A stretch of DNA of 63,079 bases, counting the filler. It is 6 parts of 6 records of this genome, joined end to end, with 100 filler letters (N's around TTAATTAATTAA, not from the genome) between each part and the next. Parts side by side here need not be neighbours in the genome. Positions count along the whole stretch, not along the records: positions 1 to 10,979 come from SRR31156797_22697; positions 11,080 to 18,687 come from SRR31156797_22722; positions 18,788 to 29,652 come from SRR31156797_22727; 3 more parts are not named here. One strand, given 5' to 3'. Position numbers and translations under genes: made by a program. Of this stretch, positions 9,800-18,860 are shown in pieces. The notes beneath the pieces were generated by a model, which saw nothing but the letters and a program-made list of their open reading frames with translations, had not been told where the DNA came from and searched no databases. Position 1 is the stretch's first letter, and the number at the start of each line of letters is the position of its first letter.

Positions 9800-10471
9800 T
9801 TACTCCACTACCAAACCATCTTTAATCTTAACAACTCTTTTTGCATATTTAAGTACATGTTCATCATGTGTTGAGAATATAAAAGTAGTTTTTTCTGTTT
9901 CGTTAAGTTTTAACATAAGTTGTAAAATATTATCCCCTGTTACTGAGTCAAGGTTTGCAGTAGGTTCATCTGCAAGGACAATATCCGGATTTGTAACCAG
10001 TGCTCTGGCAATTGCTACTCTTTGTCTCTGCCCTCCTGATAATTCTGCCGGTTTATGATCAATAAACTCTAATAATCCAACTTCTTCTATAAGTTTTTCA
10101 GCTCTTTTTTTGATTTCATTTTTACTGTGTTTTTTCATTAACAGTAATGGAAATTCTACGTTTTCTCTTACGTTTAATACAGGTACTAAGTTAAATGTTT
10201 GAAATATAAATCCAATTTTGTGTAATCTGATATCACTTATTTGATTATCATTTAGTGAGCTGATCTCCTGATTCCCTATTTTTATAACCCCGTCACTTGC
10301 TTTATCAATGCAGCCGATTATATTTAGTAGTGTTGTTTTACCACTTCCCGATGGTCCGATTACGCTTAAGAATTCCCCTTCACTAACTGTGAAATCTACT
10401 CCTCTTAAAGCATGAACCGTTGTTTTTCCTAGTGCATAGTTTTTCTTTAAACCTTTGATTTCAATTAGCAT
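9800..10471 (-). CDS. ABC transporter ATP-binding protein, LolD-like
   Basis: GPSGSGKT, LSGGQRQR, LADEPTANLD, STHD. Confidence 0.95.
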   Translation of the reverse strand: MLIEIKGLKKNYALGKTTVHALRGVDFTVSEGEFLSVIGPSGSGKTTLLNIIGCIDKASDGVIKIGNQEISSLNDNQISDIRLHKIGFIFQTFNLVPVLNVRENVEFPLLLMKKHSKNEIKKRAEKLIEEVGLLEFIDHKPAELSGGQRQRVAIARALVTNPDIVLADEPTANLDSVTGDNILQLMLKLNETEKTTFIFSTHDEHVLKYAKRVVKIKDGLVVE

Positions 10472-10591
10472 TTTTTCCTCCTTGCTATGATAAATGTTAT
10501 TAAATACTTCTGCTTATTTAGGCTTCCCTATTAGTTGTTCTGCATCCTTATCCCTATTCCTTTCAAAATCAAAAAAAATTTGACCGTATAA

Positions 10592-10605
10592 ACCAACCAG
10601 TTGGT
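10592..10605. promoter_or_regulatory. Palindromic operator candidate upstream of the ABC operon
   Basis: ACCAAC-CA-GTTGGT dyad in AT-rich intergenic DNA; resembles TetR-type sites. Confidence 0.4.
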
Positions 10606-10979
10606 CTATAGACTTATTCTACATCATATTTATTTTTTTGTAAACTATTACATTTGTAATTACTTTTAATCTTCAATACACTATAACTTCATTCAATTAT
10701 ACACATATATTTTTATACTCTTTTGATTATACTTGCTATTTTACAAATTAATTATACATGAGATAACATAAATATGCTTCAATTGGCAGGTATAATGTGA
10801 AATCCTATGGTAAGATGCAAATTACTTTGGTAAAGAGCAATCATAATCTGCACTAACTCCTTTCACTAATAAATTACATTATTTTTCGCTATTTTGTAAT
10901 CAGGACTAATCCCTAAAATTGATCTTTTTTTCCATAAGGAATACTCCCTAGCTATAATGAATGTTGTAAATCTTGGCAC

Positions 10980-11079
10980 NNNNNNNNNNNNNNNNNNNNN
11001 NNNNNNNNNNNNNNNNNNNNNNNTTAATTAATTAANNNNNNNNNNNNNNNNNNNNNNNNNNNNNNNNNNNNNNNNNNNN
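10980..11079. other. Artificial contig spacer
   Basis: 44 N + TTAATTAATTAA (stops in six frames) + 44 N. Confidence 0.98.
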
Positions 11080-11290
11080 AATCCCCGTACTTTTATACAT
11101 CAAATCGGCGTAATTGAAAACAGTCGGCACGTTCCCAAATCGACCTATTGAACCCAAACCTGCAATCAGATATAATCCGCTATCAATTTTCATCGGGCGT
11201 TTTGATTAATGAGTAATAACAAAATCTTGTCACCCATTGCGGCACGCTTGATTAACGGTTCGGCGAGCGGTTATTTGGGATTCCGCTACA

Positions 11291-13042
11291 ATGCTTAACG
11301 GGGGTTTCATGGAAAAGCTTCTTGATATTGAAGAAATGACAAAAGGCGAAAAGTTTTCTCGTCGTCAATTCCTGACGTTATTGGGGGCTTTAGGTATTGT
11401 CGGTTCCGTCGGCGGCCATGCAGGTCCGGCGCTGTCCGGACAAAAGGTTCTTATTACCGAAGAGATGATGATCGGCGCTGAAAAAATAGCCGGGCTGGAA
11501 TTCACGGGAGATGAAAGACAACGGGTTATTAAAAGGCTGAGTAGAAATATGAAAGCCTATGAAGCCGTCCGCAACCTTCACATGCCTAATCGGACGCCTT
11601 TATCCTTGTATTTTAATCCAATTCCGCCCGGAAAGACTATTGAAAAAAATGAAACTGTTTTCAATCCGAGTACTGCCAGTGTTAAAAAACCGGACAGGAT
11701 TGAAGACGCCGCTTTCTTTTCCATCACGCAGTTGGCTGAACTCATCAGGACAAAACAAATCAGTTCCATGGAACTTACCCGCATGTACATTGCCCGCTTA
11801 AAAAAGCACGATCCCGGGTTGAACTGCGTGGTAAACCTGACCGAGGAATTGGCCCTGAAGCAGGCCCGGCGCGCGGACCAGGAAATTAAAAGCGGAAAGT
11901 ACAAGGGGCCCTTACACGGCATTCCCTGGGGAGTAAAGGATATATTCGCGACCAGGGACTATCCGACAACCTGGGGGGCGGAGCCCTATAAAGACCGCGT
12001 GCTTGATTTTGAAGCCACGGTTGTGCGCAGGCTGGAAGAGGCCGGGGCGGTATTGGTTGCCAAATTGGCCTTGGGCGAGCTTGCCACCGGAGATAAATGG
12101 TACGGCGGCAGAACCCGCAATCCCTGGAAACCGAGCCAGGGGTCGGGCGGTTCTTCGGCCGGGTCTGCCTGCGCCGTAGCAGCCGGTCTGGTCGGCTTCT
12201 CCATTGGAACGGAAACCAATGAATCCCTGGTTGGACCGGCCATTGTCTGCGGCGTTTCGGGACTCAGGCCCACGTTCGGCAGGGTCAGCCGCTACGGTGT
12301 GATGACGGTTAGCTGGAGCTACGATAAAATAGGCCCAATGTGTCGCAGCGCGGAAGATTGCGCGCTGGTGTTTAATGCCATATATGGACCCGACAACCTT
12401 GATCGTTCAGTATTGGACATGCCTTTCAGTTGGGATGATGCCAATATAAATCCATCAAACATCAGAATCGGTTATATAAAGCAAATCTTGAACCTCAAGC
12501 CTGAAAACAAGTTCGCGGCCGCTGTTTTGAAGGCCCATCGGGACGCCTTTAAAAAGCTCGACGCGTTGGGCTTCAAAATGGTTGAAATCAAAGACGTTCC
12601 TTTTGAATACCTGGACAAGCTTATCAAAAGTTCATCATTCGGACTGCTGGTTGAAGCGGCCGCGGCCCATGATGAACTAACTTTGAGCAATCAAGATGAA
12701 ATGCTTAAACACAGTAATTGGGAGGACAGGTTTCTAGGCGCCAGGTATGTCCCGGCGGTTGAATATATACAGGCCAACCGCGCCAGGACGCTTTTGATTG
12801 AAGAAATAGACCGGATTTTTGATGGTGTGGACGTTGTGTTGGGCAGAATTGTTTTATCAGCGATTCAATCCAACATCACCGGCCATCCCGAACTTGTTAT
12901 TCCCCATGGTCTGAACTCGGCGGGAACGCCTAAAAGCATAATTCTGACCGGTAAATTATTCGGAGAAACCGAATTGTTGTCCGTGGCCCACAAATACCAG
13001 GCCGCCACTAATTATCATGAACTGCACCCTCCTCTTGAATAG
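11291..13042 (+). CDS. Amidase-signature family enzyme with twin-arginine signal
   Basis: SRRQFL Tat motif; GPLHGIPWGVKD; GGSSAGSA; GLRPTFGRVSRYG. Confidence 0.9.
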   Translation: MLNGGFMEKLLDIEEMTKGEKFSRRQFLTLLGALGIVGSVGGHAGPALSGQKVLITEEMMIGAEKIAGLEFTGDERQRVIKRLSRNMKAYEAVRNLHMPNRTPLSLYFNPIPPGKTIEKNETVFNPSTASVKKPDRIEDAAFFSITQLAELIRTKQISSMELTRMYIARLKKHDPGLNCVVNLTEELALKQARRADQEIKSGKYKGPLHGIPWGVKDIFATRDYPTTWGAEPYKDRVLDFEATVVRRLEEAGAVLVAKLALGELATGDKWYGGRTRNPWKPSQGSGGSSAGSACAVAAGLVGFSIGTETNESLVGPAIVCGVSGLRPTFGRVSRYGVMTVSWSYDKIGPMCRSAEDCALVFNAIYGPDNLDRSVLDMPFSWDDANINPSNIRIGYIKQILNLKPENKFAAAVLKAHRDAFKKLDALGFKMVEIKDVPFEYLDKLIKSSSFGLLVEAAAAHDELTLSNQDEMLKHSNWEDRFLGARYVPAVEYIQANRARTLLIEEIDRIFDGVDVVLGRIVLSAIQSNITGHPELVIPHGLNSAGTPKSIILTGKLFGETELLSVAHKYQAATNYHELHPPLE

Positions 13043-13086
13043 AGGGCCTTATAGATGGGGGCGGCGTGCGAACCCGCCGGTTGCTT

Positions 13087-14079
13087 TTAATCCGGGAGTC
13101 CGGTAATAAGGCATTGACGGGTCATGGCTTCACGGATTTCAGGCCCGGAAGCATTGCTGCCGCTCATCTGAACGGCCACGTTACGGCCGGCCAGCCTGTC
13201 TTTGATCTTGAAAGCGGCCCTCAGGCAGGATCCGCCCGAGCCTTCGGCCAGGTTACGTGTATGATGCGCGGCCAAAGCAATGCCTTCGTAAAGTTCTTCT
13301 TCCGACAGAAGGACAAAGTCGTCGAGCAACTCCCTGTAGATTGAAAAGGTGACTTCATAGGCCGTTCCCGTGGCGAATCCTCCGGCAAAGGTGTTGTTGG
13401 GCGAAGTTACTATTTGGCCGGCCTTCCACGATTTATAAGCAGCCTGAGACATTTCCGCCTGGACGGCAATGACTTCAATCTTTGGATTAATACTTTTCAA
13501 AACCGTTATTGCCGCGGCAACCTCGCTGCCGGCGCCGATGGGAACAAGCATGACTTCCAAATCCGGAACCTGCTCAATTATTTCAATAAATTCCGTCCCC
13601 ACGCCGTTTATCAGGTGAGGTTCATTGGCCGGATGAACAAAGTACAGTCCTCTTTCTTCGACCAGCTCTTCCACCTTTCGGCCGGCTTCCTCAAAATCAA
13701 CGCCGTACTCAATCAGCTCGGCGCCTGCGTCCTTAATAGCCGCGACCTTTAACGGGTTGGAGTTTTCCGGCACTACAACAACCGCGTTTAAACCGAACAT
13801 TCCGGCGCTCGCGGCCGTTGAAACGCCGTGGTTGCCGGTTGAATAAGTAATAACGCCCTTAACGCCGTCATTTGACAGATTATGCATCAGGTTTATTCCG
13901 CCCCTGATTTTGAACGTACCGGTAGGGTTAAGGTTTTCGTGCTTGATATATACCCGGGCGCCGATATTTCGATCCAGGCTTTTATAATTTCTTAGTGGAG
14001 AAGGTTTTAAATAAGGCCGTAATACCTCCCTGGCGCCCATAACGCGTCTTAGAGAAATCGACTCGCTTATGTTTTTCAT
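13087..14079 (-). CDS. PLP-dependent threonine/serine dehydratase family protein
   Basis: KHENLNPTGTFKIRG (PLP lysine); STGNHG; PIGAGS. Confidence 0.9.
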   Translation of the reverse strand: MKNISESISLRRVMGAREVLRPYLKPSPLRNYKSLDRNIGARVYIKHENLNPTGTFKIRGGINLMHNLSNDGVKGVITYSTGNHGVSTAASAGMFGLNAVVVVPENSNPLKVAAIKDAGAELIEYGVDFEEAGRKVEELVEERGLYFVHPANEPHLINGVGTEFIEIIEQVPDLEVMLVPIGAGSEVAAAITVLKSINPKIEVIAVQAEMSQAAYKSWKAGQIVTSPNNTFAGGFATGTAYEVTFSIYRELLDDFVLLSEEELYEGIALAAHHTRNLAEGSGGSCLRAAFKIKDRLAGRNVAVQMSGSNASGPEIREAMTRQCLITGLPD

Positions 14080-14197
14080 AATTGTCCTCCTTTAAGGCGG
14101 TAAAAAATATTAACATACCGCAATTGTATATGCTCTTCATTTGACGGGCCGTCCTATAACCGGCATCCGTGGTTATAAATACGCTAAACGGGCTTGA

Positions 14198-14238
14198 CAT
14201 AACAGATACAGTTTAACTAAAATTGAACCATAACAGTT
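14198..14238. promoter_or_regulatory. Candidate MocR-family operator
   Basis: CATAACAG direct repeat at 14198 and 14229 plus ATACAGTT, overlapping a TTGACA, between the divergent dehydratase and regulator genes. Confidence 0.5.
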
Positions 14239-14260
14239 ATAAACTGCGGCGGAGATTACC

Positions 14261-15706
14261 ATGTCCGGCAACACCGCTCAGCAGAGCGATTTTTTATACA
14301 AGAAACTGGCCCTCGACATTGAAGGCAAGATCAGGCGGGGAGAATTCAGATCCGGAGAAAAGCTGCCTTCGCTAAGGGCCCTTCATAAAAAGCTCGGTTT
14401 GTCCCTGGCAACCGTGTATCAGGCTTATATGGAACTGGAAGCAAGCGGTTTGGTGGAAGCTCATCCTAAATCCGGCTTTTATGTAAAAGTTGAAAGAATA
14501 TATAACAAGCCTCCGCCGCGGTATTTGAAACTTATAACCAGGCCCAGGCAGGTTAGACTGGATGCCATCACCGCGGACGTGGTAAATGCGTCCCTCAATC
14601 CCGGGTTTGTTCCATTGGGGTCGTCCGCCCTGTCGCCGGACCTTTTACCGCATAAGCACCTGGGCCGGATAATGAAGGAGATTCTAAGTCAGAACGCTAA
14701 AAAACAACTGAATTATGCGCCTCCTGACGGCGATCCCGAACTTAGAAGAATGATCGCAACCAGGCTTTTAGGCATTCTGCCGGGCGCGACCGGTGAGGAT
14801 GTATTGATCACCAACGGCTGCATGGAGGGAATAGCCCTGGCCTTGAACATGTTAGTAAAGCCCGGCCAAATAGTGGCCGTGGAATCGCCGACCCATTTCG
14901 GCTTTCTCCAATTGTTAAAAGCCATGGGGCTTTATGCGGTCGCCGTACCCACCGATCCCAGACACGGACTTGTTCCCGAAGCCCTGGCCAAGGTCCTGGA
15001 CGAGTATGATGTCAGAGCGTGCTTGACTATACCCAACTTTCATAACCCACTGGGCGCCTTAATGCCCGACGAGCGCAAAAAGGCCCTGGTTCGGCTGATA
15101 AATGACCGGGGCGTTCCCTTGATTGAAGACGACATATACGGAGATATGCATTTTGATCCACGCAGGCCGGGGTTATTGAAGAGTTATGACCGCCGGGACC
15201 TGGTTATAACCTGCTCGTCAATATCCAAAGTGCTTGCGCCCGGCTTCCGGGTCGGCTGGTGTCTGCCCGGCAAAAGGTTTTATGACGAAATGCTCAAGTT
15301 AAAAACTGCTTTTTCCATGGCTGCGCCGACGTTGCAACAATCCGTTATCAGGCGTTATATGGCCGGCGGAGAATTCGATCGTTATCTTCGCACACTGAGA
15401 ACCAGGCTCAAACACATGACGGTTGAAACGGCCATGGCCGTTCAGAGATATTTTCCGGCCGACATCAGGTTCACGGTTCCTGAAGGCGGCAATATGCTTT
15501 GGGTGGAACTTCCGACAAATATTGACGGATTGGAGGTATATCAGAAAGCCCTTTCAGCAGGAATTTCCATCGTGCCGGGCACGGCCTTCACTATTTCAGG
15601 CGGATATAATAATTTTATCCGAATCTCCGCCACTACTCCTTTTGATGAAAGGATCGAAAAGGGATTGATGATTTTAGGAAGTATTGTCAAGGAATTCGGC
15701 AAATAA
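14261..15706 (+). CDS. MocR/GabR-type regulator (GntR HTH + PLP aminotransferase-like domain)
   Basis: GEKLPSLRAL winged HTH; IEDDIY; SISKVLAPGFRVGW. Confidence 0.93.
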   Translation: MSGNTAQQSDFLYKKLALDIEGKIRRGEFRSGEKLPSLRALHKKLGLSLATVYQAYMELEASGLVEAHPKSGFYVKVERIYNKPPPRYLKLITRPRQVRLDAITADVVNASLNPGFVPLGSSALSPDLLPHKHLGRIMKEILSQNAKKQLNYAPPDGDPELRRMIATRLLGILPGATGEDVLITNGCMEGIALALNMLVKPGQIVAVESPTHFGFLQLLKAMGLYAVAVPTDPRHGLVPEALAKVLDEYDVRACLTIPNFHNPLGALMPDERKKALVRLINDRGVPLIEDDIYGDMHFDPRRPGLLKSYDRRDLVITCSSISKVLAPGFRVGWCLPGKRFYDEMLKLKTAFSMAAPTLQQSVIRRYMAGGEFDRYLRTLRTRLKHMTVETAMAVQRYFPADIRFTVPEGGNMLWVELPTNIDGLEVYQKALSAGISIVPGTAFTISGGYNNFIRISATTPFDERIEKGLMILGSIVKEFGK

Positions 15707-15853
15707 AAAAAGGCTTCCTTTAATAAAACAGTTTATTAAATTAAGCGAATATCAAATACTATGATATAAATTGACTATATTTCTAGTTTTATGTCGCACC
15801 GACGGAATGAAAATAGCCTTATTAGACGCTTTTTTCAAAGGAAGGATTTGCAG

Positions 15854-16510
15854 ATGAAAAACATCCATGGTTTTAAGAGCATGCTGGCAACTCTTTTGGT
15901 ACTGGGTTTTGTTCCTTTTTTATTGGCCATGCCAGGAGACGCCCTGGCCGCCGGCGAATATGAAGTTGAAATCGGGGGCCAAACTTATATTGCGTCCGAC
16001 GGCCAGCCTTTTAAAGTCAGCATTTCGGATGGAAGCCAACTTGACGTCGTTGTCAGAAAAAGAGAGATATTAACCTATAACGACCATGGCCTTACCTTTA
16101 ATTACCACAGCGATATGAAAGTCCTGGTGGACAAGGACGTTTTTTCCAACATGATAACCGTGGAATGTGAAGCCTCGCCCTTTATCATGGTCTATATATT
16201 TCCGGCCGTATTGAATCCCCGGGAAACTATTGACTCGCTGACTGATGACCTGAGAGAAAGCTTTTCCAGAATGAACGCCAAATTTTTTGACAAAGACGGC
16301 GCAGGAACCATAACCATGAATATCGGCGGGAAGGAATACTCGGGAAGAACTCTTAACTTCCTTTTGGGTGAAGAAACCACCATGACCAATATTTTCGCAT
16401 GGTCCAAGGGTATGAAAACATATGGATTCGTCACCCAGTACATGGAAAGCGACCGGGAATTGATGGAAAAGTATTTTCCAATTATTCTCAACTCGTTCAG
16501 CATTAAATAA
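15854..16510 (+). CDS. Hypothetical exported protein
   Basis: AAGGAAGG RBS before ATG 15854; signal-peptide-like N-terminus; no family recognised. Confidence 0.7.
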   Translation: MKNIHGFKSMLATLLVLGFVPFLLAMPGDALAAGEYEVEIGGQTYIASDGQPFKVSISDGSQLDVVVRKREILTYNDHGLTFNYHSDMKVLVDKDVFSNMITVECEASPFIMVYIFPAVLNPRETIDSLTDDLRESFSRMNAKFFDKDGAGTITMNIGGKEYSGRTLNFLLGEETTMTNIFAWSKGMKTYGFVTQYMESDRELMEKYFPIILNSFSIK

Positions 16511-16529
16511 AAGCGATTTAATTATTTTC

Positions 16530-16560
16530 GGGCGGGCCTTATTAAGTGTAAGGTCCGCCC
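16530..16560. terminator. Hairpin between convergent genes
   Basis: GGGCGGGCCTTA / TAAGGTCCGCCC. Confidence 0.55.
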
Positions 16561-16601
16561 CATCAGTCATTATACGAGCCCATTTCCCCTGTCATATCAT
16601 A

Positions 16602-17165
16602 TTAATTGAGTAATTGAGCAGCCAGCTCCTCAGCCCTGGTTTTGAAGGCGTCGACATTTGCTTCCGGCGCCACTCCTAATTCGACGCCCCTGATAACATG
16701 AACTTCAAAGCCGTACCAGGTGAGGAAAGTCTCGTACCTGGCTACGGCATCCTTGTGGTTGTGGGCGCCATCTCCCTGGGTGATTATTAAAACAGCCTTT
16801 TTTCCCGGTGGTATCCTGGTCGGTTTGGGATTGGTCATATAATCCGGCTTGACCAGCGACCAGGTACGGTCGAAAAATGATTTAAACTGCCCCGAGACGT
16901 CCGAATAATAAACCGGTGTTGCAAAAACCACTACATCCGAATCCTTTATATCATTGAGCACTTCGGTCAAGTCGTCATTGAGGGCGCAATGTTCCTGCTT
17001 TTCCTTGCACGCATCGCATCCTTGGCAGCCGCGGTACTTCATTCCGTTTAAATAATGAGATTTTACTTGGACACCCATTTTTTCCGTAGCAGTCATAAAA
17101 CCATCGACAATTCTGGAACTGGTTCCATTTTTCCTTGGACTCCCCTTGATAGCTAATACTTTCAT
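16602..17165 (-). CDS. Flavodoxin family / iron-sulfur flavoprotein
   Basis: GSPRKNGTS; CQGCDAC...C; ATPVYY; FFDR. Confidence 0.9.
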   Translation of the reverse strand: MKVLAIKGSPRKNGTSSRIVDGFMTATEKMGVQVKSHYLNGMKYRGCQGCDACKEKQEHCALNDDLTEVLNDIKDSDVVVFATPVYYSDVSGQFKSFFDRTWSLVKPDYMTNPKPTRIPPGKKAVLIITQGDGAHNHKDAVARYETFLTWYGFEVHVIRGVELGVAPEANVDAFKTRAEELAAQLLN

Positions 17166-17232
17166 GTTGTTTCTCCTTTGCAAATTTTTAAACTTCTAAA
17201 CTCTTCGAACTTATGACATAAAAAAATATCTT

Positions 17233-17565
17233 CTATTTCAGCAACTGACGAATTGATTCCAGGGCGTCCTTGTCTATCCAGACATATACTGTCTTGCCGT
17301 GCCTACGCATCTTAAGCAAACCCGCCTGGCGGAGTTCCTTGAAATGGTGCGAGACGGTCGACGGGGCCAGCCCTAGATCGGATGCGAATTCCTGCTGGCA
17401 ATTTTCAACCTGGTCTTCGTCGGTTTCAAATCCCCCTTCAGATGTCGCACAACTTGCCAACTCGAGCAGGATTCTCAACCGGTGCGGATTAGCCAGGGCT
17501 TTGAACATTTGGGCAAATCGTTCAATATCCTTCTGGTCCAACTCTTTCATTTCACAATTCGACAT
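17233..17565 (-). CDS. ArsR/SmtB family regulator
   Basis: FKALANPHRLRIL; LAPSTVSHHFKELRQAGL; start inferred from promoter position. Confidence 0.9.
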   Translation of the reverse strand: MSNCEMKELDQKDIERFAQMFKALANPHRLRILLELASCATSEGGFETDEDQVENCQQEFASDLGLAPSTVSHHFKELRQAGLLKMRRHGKTVYVWIDKDALESIRQLLK

Positions 17566-17601
17566 GTTTCGAATCATACACTCCCCCACTCCCATTGTCA
17601 A
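17557..17601 (-). promoter_or_regulatory. sigma70 promoter with overlapping inverted-repeat operator
   Basis: Minus strand TTGACA-17 nt-TATGAT; ATTCGA-N6-TCGAAT dyad at 17557-17574. Confidence 0.7.
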
Positions 17602-17871
17602 CCAATTATTATTGGAAGAAATTATTAAAGGAAGAAATTATTAAAGGACATCCAATTTTCTCTTAAATCAGCATTTTCACCTTTCTTAAGTAGTTAGAAA
17701 TCTAATTTGCGCCTGTGTTCTAAACCATATTAAGACAAGAACGGATTTTAGAGGTAATGGAGGAGATTAATATAAAATGTCCAGCATAAATAACCGAATT
17801 TATGACAAAGGTGTTGAAAGCACGGCGCGACAGCCCCACGCAAGTGAAAAAACGACGGTTGGTTTCACAGT

Positions 17872-18687
17872 CTAAGCGGTTGAGAACGACCTGGCACAGC
17901 TTTTTATGCCCCAAAACCAGCGAAGCCCGGCTTTATTTGCGGCTTTAACCATGGTATCTATACGACCGACAGCGCGGTGAAAGAGACCGCCATATCCCCG
18001 TACTGTGTCGGCCCACGATTCGCTTTCGACATTTAACCTTGATAGTATAGGCGCTATATGCCCTGGTATTGACGCCTTTCCCTCTCCACGAATCTGTCTT
18101 CCGGTCCAATCCACAAGATTCAAGTATTCATCCAGACTCATATCCAAAGCAGATGATTGCTCATTGCCGGCTTCATCTACAAAAGGCGTCAACCACCCCG
18201 ATGGATTATTCCGTCCTGTTGTCACCTGATTTTTTTCACTGGAAATCAGATCCGTATTCCCTGTGAATTCGCTCTTTTGTTTAATCATCCTGGACATAAT
18301 ACGTTCGTACACACTGGTGAAGAAGCTTGTTTCCGGCGTTGCTGCAATCCCCGCTCGAATGGGATTCAGGTCTACATAAGCCATGCAGGCCAGCACAGCT
18401 GATTCATCCAACAGGGCTTGACTTTTAAATCGCCCTTCCCAAAATCTGCCCTTACATTCGTCTTCATTGTTGGCCCGGCGAGCAATATGCTCATTCAAAC
18501 ACCTCATGAACCAGCTAACACTGGATAAACGTTCGCGCAGTTCGATTATTCTTGCTTTATTGTGCGCCAAGTTAGTCGCCGCATTTTGAATCTCATCCGG
18601 ATCATCAAAATTATTATAAGCAGGAAAGAGTTTCAGCCACCGCAAAGCAATTTCTTCATCCGACCAGTTTTCAGCTGCATCCGGCCG
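17872..18687 (-). mobile_element. REP-associated tyrosine (Y1/HUH) transposase, 5'-truncated by contig end
   Basis: SWFMRCLNE...GRFWEGRFKSQALLDE...MAYVDLNPIRAG; frame stays open to the contig edge (RPDAAENWSDEEIALRW). Confidence 0.85.
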
Positions 18688-18787
18688 NNNNNNNNNNNNN
18701 NNNNNNNNNNNNNNNNNNNNNNNNNNNNNNNTTAATTAATTAANNNNNNNNNNNNNNNNNNNNNNNNNNNNNNNNNNNNNNNNNNNN
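18688..18787. other. Artificial contig spacer
   Basis: N-run with TTAATTAATTAA. Confidence 0.98.
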
Positions 18788-18789
18788 AA

Positions 18790-18849
18790 GCCGGGGCTAC
18801 TCCAGAATATGAGATGACCCAAATCGATACTATTTTAAGTAATATTTAA
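18790..18849 (+). CDS. 3' end of an upstream gene, possibly a PfkB-family fructokinase
   Basis: AGATPEYEMTQIDTILSNI-stop; GATP is typical of PfkB C-termini; fructan PUL context. Confidence 0.4.
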   Translation, partial: AGATPEYEMTQIDTILSNI

Positions 18850-18860
18850 CTAATCAAATT

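Noticed and set aside
10700-10979. Short minus-strand ORFs at the end of contig 1
   Set aside because: All frames close quickly and no motif is recognisable
11291-13042. gatA
   Set aside because: Tat leader, N-terminal extension, and no gatB or gatC adjacent
8099-18687. Linking the GTAG REPs to the RAYT transposase
   Set aside because: They lie on different contigs with very different GC content
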